Shown here piece after piece: positions 1-6,786 of a DNA stretch of 64,000 bases (its first letter is position 1; each line of letters begins with the position of its first letter). Made by a program: the position numbers and the translations under genes. Where the stretch lies: positions 151,311 to 215,310 of the IMG/VR virus record IMGVR_UViG_3300031998_000006. One strand, written 5' to 3'. Below the pieces are notes generated by a model, which had not been told where the DNA came from, ran no database searches, and saw nothing but the letters and a program-made list of their open reading frames with translations. Source of the DNA: a virus (taxonomy: Duplodnaviria; Caudoviricetes).

Positions 1-295
1 GTTTATCATATATCATAATAGAGTTGGAAGCATAATATCCCATATTCTCTATCACATCCAGTTTAACGGTCACAATTCCATATTTGTTGTAATCGTTTAC
101 TATTTTAAACCTATTCCCATAGTTTTCTTCTAACCCCTACAATCCATACATTTCTTACCTAGTCACATCGAAACAACCTTACATATCATAATCAACCATA
201 CACCATAGGTTATCAAAATACCCATCTTGAACTTGTACGGAAGGTTTGGTACTTTTAAGTCCTTGTGGCGGTTGCTGTCTATCGTTACATTTGAA

Positions 296-1534
296 CTATC
301 CATGCACTAAAGATGCATGGGACTCCCCTAACTTACACGGACTGTTGTCCGTGATGGCTTCGGGCATTCTCGTTTCATTGCTTCCACGAGCATTTTTAAT
401 GACATCGGTAGGTTCCCTTCCTATTGTCCGTTTAACTCCTAGATACAGAATGTTCTGTGCGGCGTTCACATCCCTATCGTGCTGTGCATTGCATACGGGG
501 CAAACCCACTGCTTTATTCCTAACACAACTTGAGGGTTGATGTTACCGCAATGATGGCACGTCTTGGATGTGTTGTTTGCAGGTACTTTCATAAGGTTCG
601 TCTTGTAGGCTATGTATTGACGAAGCAATCCAAACCCCTGGTCGCCGATGGTCTTCCCGTGTTCTAACTCGGATGCCATTTTGTTCAAATTGACATCTTC
701 CACGAACACATACTGATACTTGTTGGCTAACTCACGGCTTACCTTGTGGAGCCAATCCTTGCGTTGGTTGACTACCTTTTCGTGTAGCCGTGCAACTTTT
801 AGTTTAGCTTTCTGGTAGCGGTGGGATTGGGTTTCCTTGCCTTTGACGAACCGGTTTGACTGAATCTGCTGATACTTTTCCAACTGCAATTCCTTGCGCT
901 TCAAAAATCTAGGACACTTGATTTTCGTGCCATTGCTCAAAGTAAGGAATGAATCGGAGTTGCAGTTCCAGTCTATGCCTACGGCTTTTCCATTCTGTAT
1001 CTTGTTCTGTTCTTCTTTAATATCTACACAAATCGCTACATACCATTTTCCGCTTGCGGACCGTTTAAAGGTAATAGTTTTCCACTTGCCCTTGCAGAAC
1101 TGTGAAGATGCACAGATGGGTATGTAGCCAAGCCTACGAGAAACAAATAATCCGTGAGAATTGATGTGGGCTACATTTCCTTGAATAGTGTACCTAAAGG
1201 AAGCCTTGTTGTTCTTCTTTCTCTTGAAGGTAGGGGGTTGCATAGGCTTTCCCTTGCGAATACCCTTGAGGGATGCAAAGAAATTCGTGTATGCTCCACG
1301 AACATCGCACCATACCTGTCCTAGGGGTATTGAATCCACATCCTTAATCCATTCAAGTGCTTCGGGCTTGAATTTTGCAAATGTGGGCTTGTAGCCCTCT
1401 ATGGGCATTTTGTGGTCTTTGTTCTTGTTCTCAACTACAAGGTTGTAATACAGACGGCAAAGACCAAGTGTTTTGTTGAAGATAGACACTTGTTCCTTGG
1501 TTGGATAGATTCTGTATTCGTATGCCTTGTTCAT
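296..1534 (-). CDS. tnpB: IS200/IS605-family RNA-guided endonuclease TnpB
   Basis: N-terminal HTH (KAYEYRIYPTKEQ), RuvC-I (AVGIDWN), RuvC-II (VFVEDVN), Zn ribbon (TSKTCHHCG...CPVC), RuvC-III (DRDVNAAQNI). Confidence 0.95.
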   Translation of the reverse strand: MNKAYEYRIYPTKEQVSIFNKTLGLCRLYYNLVVENKNKDHKMPIEGYKPTFAKFKPEALEWIKDVDSIPLGQVWCDVRGAYTNFFASLKGIRKGKPMQPPTFKRKKNNKASFRYTIQGNVAHINSHGLFVSRRLGYIPICASSQFCKGKWKTITFKRSASGKWYVAICVDIKEEQNKIQNGKAVGIDWNCNSDSFLTLSNGTKIKCPRFLKRKELQLEKYQQIQSNRFVKGKETQSHRYQKAKLKVARLHEKVVNQRKDWLHKVSRELANKYQYVFVEDVNLNKMASELEHGKTIGDQGFGLLRQYIAYKTNLMKVPANNTSKTCHHCGNINPQVVLGIKQWVCPVCNAQHDRDVNAAQNILYLGVKRTIGREPTDVIKNARGSNETRMPEAITDNSPCKLGESHASLVHG

Positions 1535-1562
1535 TTCTTATGTAAGACTTAAACCTACACTA

Positions 1563-1591
1563 AATATACATAATATTTTATTGATTTGCAA
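1563..1591 (-). promoter_or_regulatory. Sigma70-like promoter for tnpB
   Basis: TTGCAA-17 nt-TATATT. Confidence 0.55.
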
Positions 1592-1649
1592 TAGGTGTTT
1601 AAATAATCTTGGTGCTTTCTCATAGCACTAAAAGTCGTGAGTATTCTCG

Positions 1650-1826
1650 TTACACTTCTATAACTTCTTCATATTCCAAGATAAAGTTTTGATGCCACCA
1701 CGAATTGATAGTTAGGGCATTGTTGCACTTCCCGTTGTTCCAGATGAAGAACGGACCCTTGTCCGCATTCTCTAGCCCGTGGGTGGCGGTAAATCCTATT
1801 CTATTTCTTCTGTGAGCATTATCCAT
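1650..1826 (-). CDS. TRD-like micro-ORF 9 (58 aa)
   Basis: Manual translation: MDNAHRRNRIGFTATHGLENADKGPFFIWNNGKCNNALTINSWWHQNFILEYEEVIEV. Confidence 0.65.
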   Translation of the reverse strand: MDNAHRRNRIGFTATHGLENADKGPFFIWNNGKCNNALTINSWWHQNFILEYEEVIEV

Positions 1827-1978
1827 TGTATTCCGTTCGTCCTCAAGGCATCCGTCTTGAAATTGAAAGGCATAGGTACATAGATAGTTCCATACTCCCC
1901 GGCTATAGGTTCTCCGGGTGTGTTAGCCACGAACACTCTCAAGCCCCTAGACACCTTGTTCAATCCCAACTTACGCAT
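1796..1978 (-). CDS. TRD-like micro-ORF 8 (60 aa)
   Basis: In the ORF track; ends KTDALRTNGIQWIMLTEEIE; TAATG overlap with the preceding ORF. Confidence 0.7.
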   Translation of the reverse strand: MRKLGLNKVSRGLRVFVANTPGEPIAGEYGTIYVPMPFNFKTDALRTNGIQWIMLTEEIE

Positions 1979-2148
1979 TACACTTCCTCAAAAATCAAGA
2001 TGCACGGCTGACCGCATCCGTCGTTCCTCGCACGGTTCAACAGAGTGATGCACTTGCCATTATTTTCCGTGCCACGCAAACTAAATTGAACCATACCATC
2101 CCAGCCAGTGATAGTACCTATCTGGTATTTTGTGTTAGCCGTGTTCAT
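1978..2148 (-). CDS. TRD-like micro-ORF 7 (56 aa)
   Basis: Manual translation: MNTANTKYQIGTITGWDGMVQFSLRGTENNGKCITLLNRARNDGCGQPCILIFEEV; ATGA overlap. Confidence 0.7.
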   Translation of the reverse strand: MNTANTKYQIGTITGWDGMVQFSLRGTENNGKCITLLNRARNDGCGQPCILIFEEV

Positions 2149-2321
2149 TCGTTGCATTGCTCAAGTTCCATCACAAAAGGTCTAGTTCCATTACCATCCC
2201 TACCACCCGTGTAGCTTGCCGTGAAGCATCCCAGCTTACTTTCAGCCGTAGGGGGCAGAATCTTCGTCTTGCCATAAAAACAAGGATAGCAAATTCTCTT
2301 CTCTACTCCACCTCTTCGCAT
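2145..2321 (-). CDS. TRD-like micro-ORF 6 (58 aa)
   Basis: Manual translation: MRRGGVEKRICYPCFYGKTKILPPTAESKLGCFTASYTGGRDGNGTRPFVMELEQCNE. Confidence 0.65.
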   Translation of the reverse strand: MRRGGVEKRICYPCFYGKTKILPPTAESKLGCFTASYTGGRDGNGTRPFVMELEQCNE

Positions 2322-2479
2322 ATCATCACTCTAGTATCAAACTCGAACGAAGTCACTATTCCGCTTGCGGCATATCGTGTAGTAAGGCTATACGATTTCT
2401 CCTGCTCCTTCTGGACTATCAGCCCGTGCAACCTAGTTGTCACGATAGCCACGTTATGCAGTTTGCCCGATTTCTTCAT
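2303..2479 (-). CDS. TRD-like micro-ORF 5 (58 aa)
   Basis: Manual translation: MKKSGKLHNVAIVTTRLHGLIVQKEQEKSYSLTTRYAASGIVTSFEFDTRVMICEEVE. Confidence 0.7.
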   Translation of the reverse strand: MKKSGKLHNVAIVTTRLHGLIVQKEQEKSYSLTTRYAASGIVTSFEFDTRVMICEEVE

Positions 2480-2636
2480 ATTCCAAGATTACCGCTTCGA
2501 TTGACTTTGTATGTGTATAAATGCGATGCCCCGCTAGGAGCGTATAGGACTTGCTCTGCTTGAGTGCAACCCCGTAGAACTTCTCCTTGTGGGGATGGAT
2601 GCAAGCAGCCACGATTACTCTCTTACACTTCCTCAT
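2454..2636 (-). CDS. TRD-like micro-ORF 4 (60 aa)
   Basis: Internal ATG of track ORF 2454..2702: MRKCKRVIV...KSYTLLAGHRIYTHTKSIEAVILEYEEIGQTA. Confidence 0.7.
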   Translation of the reverse strand: MRKCKRVIVAACIHPHKEKFYGVALKQSKSYTLLAGHRIYTHTKSIEAVILEYEEIGQTA

Positions 2637-2796
2637 ATTCCATAATAAAGGGGGTCTGTGTGTGCTGAACGATGCCACAGAGATAACGGCTGATGACCGC
2701 ATAGGTCCTCACGGATTCAGCCGGTCCGTACTCGTTCAAGTGCATCGGACCGTCCTTATATTCCCTTGTTGGGTAGATTAGGTAAGATTTCTTCAT
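2623..2796 (-). CDS. TRD-like micro-ORF 3 (57 aa)
   Basis: Manual translation: MKKSYLIYPTREYKDGPMHLNEYGPAESVRTYAVISRYLCGIVQHTQTPFIMEYEEV. Confidence 0.65.
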   Translation of the reverse strand: MKKSYLIYPTREYKDGPMHLNEYGPAESVRTYAVISRYLCGIVQHTQTPFIMEYEEV

Positions 2797-2932
2797 AGTC
2801 AAGTATGTATGCCCTAGTTCCGAACCCGTCGAAGTTGTGGCTATAGGTTGCCGTCAGGCAATTAACCTTCGTCAATGCGGTCACGGCATTCTTCTCATAA
2901 ACCGACGGATAGATTACAGCCCTTCGCTTCAT
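2756..2932 (-). CDS. TRD-like micro-ORF 2 (58 aa)
   Basis: Manual translation: MKRRAVIYPSVYEKNAVTALTKVNCLTATYSHNFDGFGTRAYILDYEEILPNLPNKGI; ATGA overlap. Confidence 0.75.
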   Translation of the reverse strand: MKRRAVIYPSVYEKNAVTALTKVNCLTATYSHNFDGFGTRAYILDYEEILPNLPNKGI

Positions 2933-3087
2933 TTAACTTCCTCATATTCAAGGATGTAGGCGCGATTGCGGTCATTGCCATAACCCTTGTGGTAGGTCTT
3001 GAGCAACGGGAAGCATTTCCGCTGGAACTCGTCCGGCACCGTAATCTGCCAATCTCTAATGGACGGGAAGCACACCGCCCTTTTCAT
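2929..3087 (-). CDS. TRD-like micro-ORF 1 (52 aa)
   Basis: Manual translation: MKRAVCFPSIRDWQITVPDEFQRKCFPLLKTYHKGYGNDRNRAYILEYEEVK; TAATG overlap with the MTase stop codon. Confidence 0.75.
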   Translation of the reverse strand: MKRAVCFPSIRDWQITVPDEFQRKCFPLLKTYHKGYGNDRNRAYILEYEEVK

Positions 3088-4823
3088 TATGCACCCTTGA
3101 TTCCGTTGGCAAGGAGCTTGTCAACCACCTCGTCCTTGAGGTAGTATTTCTTGTCCACCTCATCTTCGAGGATGTCCTGCAAGAAGATGCCCTTGTCAGC
3201 CGGTTGCGGAATATCGGGAACTACGATACGGAGAAGACCCTGGGTCTTCGTGCGGATGTTAGTCCAGTAGATTCGTCTGCGGTTCTGTGCGGACACGAGA
3301 GCGGAGTTCACGTGGACTCCCGGAATACCGATGGCTTTTGTAAGGACATCCTCCCACTTTTCGCCCATTTCCACATTTTCCAGGAAGAAGAATACATTCG
3401 GGTTCGTTTCACGGACTTCGTGAAGGATTCGCATATACTCCCAGAATAGGAAGGATTCGCCATCAAACTGGAAGCCTTGTTCCTTGAGTTCAAGGTAGCG
3501 TTCAAGGGTGTAAATCTCTTCGTTAGTGGTGGTGTTCATACCATTGCGGCGACCGGCAAAACTGAAATTCGTGCAATTTTTTACGACCACATTTTCAACC
3601 GTATAGGAGTGGTCTTCGTCCACCGTGATATTGTAAACGAGTTGTTCGCCAATGTGGGTGTATTTCTTGACCCCAAACCAAATCTTGTCCTCATCATACT
3701 GCACCTTGCCCTTGACACCCTTGGCATAGTGTATGACATACTGCGGATGCTGATTGACGGTTCTTCCGTCGATTTCCCAAGTAGCACCCCTATCATACAG
3801 ATAGATGTTGGAGTGAACCTTTTCCACATCAAGGATAAGGCGTTGCAGACCGAGGGCGAGATTGTGGCTGACCGTGCAAATCTGCACCTTGTTTCCCTTG
3901 ATAGAACCATCGCCAGAAAGATAACCTTCAAGGAAGGACTTCTTGATTTCATCGGAAGAGTTGAAGATTTCTTCGGAGATGAACTTGTCCATTGCATTGC
4001 AACCGCAATTCTTCTCCGCAAGTTCCACAAGTTTCTTGTTGGAGAACACGATTCGGTAGGTGGACGTGCTATGCGGATAGCAAGAATACTGCAAGGCGGC
4101 AAGGTGGGCTTTCACGTCGTCCAACTTCTTGCTTCCAATGGACAAGATAAGCTGCCAAGCACGAGAACCCTTATGCTTGCCATCAAAACGCAAGTCTTTT
4201 CGGGTATGACCATCAGCTAGATACCTACCAAGAACCCAGGCTTCTTCCAAGGTAATGTCCAAGCCATCGCCATCCACCTTCGGGCGGTTGCTACAGATGT
4301 AGTAATCGTTCTTCAACTTTTCAGCTTCAACCCAGTCAGCCTTACCGAGTTCCAATCTACGAGTACGGGCATCGTTCCTCCATGCAAAGGACTTCTTTTT
4401 AGCCCAGAACTTGTGGTCAGCGGTACACACGATGGGTGCGGAACACTGGGTCTGTACCTCAAAGGTTTCAGCCAGCTTGCATCCGTAATCCACCACGGGA
4501 CGCCAACGGTTCTTGTGGGTAAGCACCAGTTCGCCAAGACGGATGTCTTCAATGTTCTTGTAGCCTTGCTTGGTAAGGACTTTAGTACCGGCTGCGAAGC
4601 ACGGAGAACCGCCAATCAAAAGGTCGATGTGTCCGAGCTTTCGGGCATCAACTTCCGTGACGGACCCTAATTGAATAGTGTCAGGGAAATTCTTCTGTGT
4701 CTGTGCAATGGCGTGCTTGTCAATTTCCGATGCATAGTATTTGTCAATCTTGGCTCCGAGTTCCGTGAGAGCGATTCTCCCGCACGACATACCGTCGAAC
4801 AAACTCAATACTGTAATACCCAT
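3087..4823 (-). CDS. DNA (cytosine-5) methyltransferase, N-terminal catalytic part, intein-containing
   Basis: Motif I LSLFDGMSCG, II EID, IV GGSP|C, VI LENV, VIII QNRRRIYW. Ends without a TRD or motifs IX-X. 236 aa after splicing. Confidence 0.92.
   Translation of the reverse strand: MGITVLSLFDGMSCGRIALTELGAKIDKYYASEIDKHAIAQTQKNFPDTIQLGSVTEVDARKLGHIDLLIGGSPCFAAGTKVLTKQGYKNIEDIRLGELVLTHKNRWRPVVDYGCKLAETFEVQTQCSAPIVCTADHKFWAKKKSFAWRNDARTRRLELGKADWVEAEKLKNDYYICSNRPKVDGDGLDITLEEAWVLGRYLADGHTRKDLRFDGKHKGSRAWQLILSIGSKKLDDVKAHLAALQYSCYPHSTSTYRIVFSNKKLVELAEKNCGCNAMDKFISEEIFNSSDEIKKSFLEGYLSGDGSIKGNKVQICTVSHNLALGLQRLILDVEKVHSNIYLYDRGATWEIDGRTVNQHPQYVIHYAKGVKGKVQYDEDKIWFGVKKYTHIGEQLVYNITVDEDHSYTVENVVVKNCTNFSFAGRRNGMNTTTNEEIYTLERYLELKEQGFQFDGESFLFWEYMRILHEVRETNPNVFFFLENVEMGEKWEDVLTKAIGIPGVHVNSALVSAQNRRRIYWTNIRTKTQGLLRIVVPDIPQPADKGIFLQDILEDEVDKKYYLKDEVVDKLLANGIKGA
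3576..4601 (-). mobile_element. Intein with LAGLIDADG endonuclease (342 aa)
   Basis: Starts CFAAGTKV; block B TADHKF; LAGLIDADG motifs LGRYLADG and FLEGYLSGDG; ends VYNITV...VVKN|C. Confidence 0.93.
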
Positions 4824-4871
4824 TGTATGTTTTTCCTCTTAATGATTGGTTTATTGTTATATAGTTCCACC

Positions 4872-5036
4872 CTAGTCCATCTCCACGTAGTCCATGACCC
4901 ACTGCCGTTCGTGGGAGTGGCTACCGAAATACTTGTCATAGCCCTTTATGAAGTATTTAGCCTTGTTTTCTGTGGGGGGTGGTACGAACACCCCGTTCTG
5001 CCAAGTAGGTTCTACCACGATGGACTTCTTCCGCAT
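4872..5036 (-). CDS. TRD-like micro-ORF upstream of the MTase (54 aa)
   Basis: Manual translation: MRKKSIVVEPTWQNGVFVPPPTENKAKYFIKGYDKYFGSHSHERQWVMDYVEMD. Confidence 0.6.
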   Translation of the reverse strand: MRKKSIVVEPTWQNGVFVPPPTENKAKYFIKGYDKYFGSHSHERQWVMDYVEMD

Positions 5037-5042
5037 CCGGTG

Positions 5043-6524
5043 CTATCTCCTGCTTCCGTATCTTCCACGGCTACCCGTCCGTCTGCCGGTCTGTCGCTTG
5101 GGCATATCTTCATCCCCATCGCCATCCCATTGTTCCTCCTGACTCATATCCACACGGGAAAGGAGTTCGCATTCGAGGTAGGGTCTGCCGATGGCAAGGC
5201 AACTCGTGCATACCACGGAGTCCTGCACGGGAGCGCCATCACGGGTGGTGTTGCAAGCTAGACGAGTGATGCCCCTCTTCCTTTCGGTGGGGGTGTGGTT
5301 AATGGTAATCATCTTCGTGACGTGGGCTACCTTTCGGATGTCTTCGGAAATTTGATTTTCGGCGGCATCTTGTTCGCCACCCACAGTGGCACGACCCGTC
5401 TGCGAAACGGTAGCAAGCATACACTTGCGGGATTGAGCCAAGCCACGGAGGGCTTTCCAGCACTTGTTGATTTTCTCGCGTTCATCGTTGCCGGGACCCA
5501 AGTCCATAATATCCGCATAGTCCACACAGATGACTTCGGGTACAAAGCCCTCATAGACTTCCATATCCTTGAGTTCGGCTTCAAGACCACGGACCGTGAG
5601 AGTGCCGGTAGGGAATGTACGGAGTTCCAAGTGACCCCTACGGCTAATCTTTCGGAATGCCTTTTGAGCCTTCTCGATGCTCTCAACACTTGCATCCACC
5701 CTCTCCGTGGGTTGTCTATCGTCCACGATTCGGGCTGTGCCACCATTGTCATACTCAAATGTGGGCCACGCCACCTCTTCGCCATATCTGGACTTGCCCG
5801 TAAGCATCTGCCAGAATCTACGGACAACTTGCTTTTCGGACATTTCAAGGGAAACATAGAGAACACACTTGCCCTGCAAGGCGGCTTGAGTGGCGATGGT
5901 CATAAGCCACCAAGTCTTACCGCTCTTCGGAGGACCAATGACCGCAATGAAATCTTCACGGATGAACGGACCGATGACACTACCGAGAACACCCGGCATA
6001 GTGAAAATCTCTTCCTCATCGTTGTCGAAAGCACTTGAGATTGTACCGGCATCCCTAAAAAGGTCAACCACCTGTGCCTGACGGATGTCCGGTTTCGTGA
6101 AGTCCGAAACCGCGTGCAAACCTCCCGAAACATCGTTGTTCTGCACGGCACGGTTAATCTTTTCGGCTAGGAGGACCAAGGCTCTCTTTTGAAAATACTT
6201 GATGGCATTTTCCGTGGCAACCGCTTCATTGGAAGGAGTCCATTCTTCGGAGCAGGTGTCCAAGAATGCCTTGACCATCTCCGCATCGGCTTCCTTGAGG
6301 TCGGAAGCCTTGTGCATATAAATATCGCTGATTGTCTTCTGCGGGGCATCCCCATACTTGTCATAGAAGGTAAGAACCCAGTCGGCAACAATCTTGCCCA
6401 TCGTGCTTTCAAACAGGATGGCATCGCAACTCTTCCTACACTTGGAGATGAGTGCGGTGGACATAATCATATTGGACAAGATGATTCGCTCTTCCGAAAA
6501 TTCAATCTTCTCTCGTCTTAACAT
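5043..6524 (-). CDS. DnaB-like (SF4) replicative helicase
   Basis: Walker A GPPKSGKT, SLEM, Walker B ICVDYADIM, VSQTGR. Confidence 0.9.
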   Translation of the reverse strand: MLRREKIEFSEERIILSNMIMSTALISKCRKSCDAILFESTMGKIVADWVLTFYDKYGDAPQKTISDIYMHKASDLKEADAEMVKAFLDTCSEEWTPSNEAVATENAIKYFQKRALVLLAEKINRAVQNNDVSGGLHAVSDFTKPDIRQAQVVDLFRDAGTISSAFDNDEEEIFTMPGVLGSVIGPFIREDFIAVIGPPKSGKTWWLMTIATQAALQGKCVLYVSLEMSEKQVVRRFWQMLTGKSRYGEEVAWPTFEYDNGGTARIVDDRQPTERVDASVESIEKAQKAFRKISRRGHLELRTFPTGTLTVRGLEAELKDMEVYEGFVPEVICVDYADIMDLGPGNDEREKINKCWKALRGLAQSRKCMLATVSQTGRATVGGEQDAAENQISEDIRKVAHVTKMITINHTPTERKRGITRLACNTTRDGAPVQDSVVCTSCLAIGRPYLECELLSRVDMSQEEQWDGDGDEDMPKRQTGRRTGSRGRYGSRR

Positions 6525-6597
6525 TACAAAATACCTCTAGTAGCATTACAAATATAGGACGACCCTAGTATATCTGTACATAGATGGGGGCATCTCA

Positions 6598-6786
6598 TCA
6601 CAGTTCCTCATAGAGCAGAACCTTAATGCGGTTGCCAGAACCCTCGCTTGCCTTTAGAGCGTAGCACTTGCCACGGGGGTCAACCACATTCTGCTCGAAA
6701 TGCCATCCGTACATAGTCATCCCCTTCAAGGGAGTAAGTATCTGGCTTACCCCGCTGAACGGCATATCCTTGTCACGTTCCGTCAT
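6598..6786 (-). CDS. TRD-like micro-ORF (62 aa)
   Basis: EQNVVDPRGKCYALKASEGSGNRIKVLLYEEL resembles the C5-MTase TRD consensus. Confidence 0.65.
   Translation of the reverse strand: MTERDKDMPFSGVSQILTPLKGMTMYGWHFEQNVVDPRGKCYALKASEGSGNRIKVLLYEEL

Larger units (their letters stand above)
291..1598 (-). mobile_element. Non-autonomous (tnpB-only) IS605-group element
   Basis: Right end: hairpin CCATGCA-TCTTTAG-TGCATGG then ATAGTTCAA ending at 291. The left end is uncertain (candidate TTTAA at 1603-1599). No tnpA in the window. Confidence 0.65.

Noticed and set aside
1-150. Further TRD-like ORFs or the MTase motif IX-X fragment at the window edge
   Set aside because: Frames are short or truncated and cannot be supported without the flanking sequence.
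1650-3087. Stop-codon recoding or a simple pseudogene as the explanation for the short ORFs
   Set aside because: Consecutive ORFs are in different frames, all three stop codons end normal genes in the window, and every break falls at the same protein motif with an ATG. Random decay would not produce that pattern.
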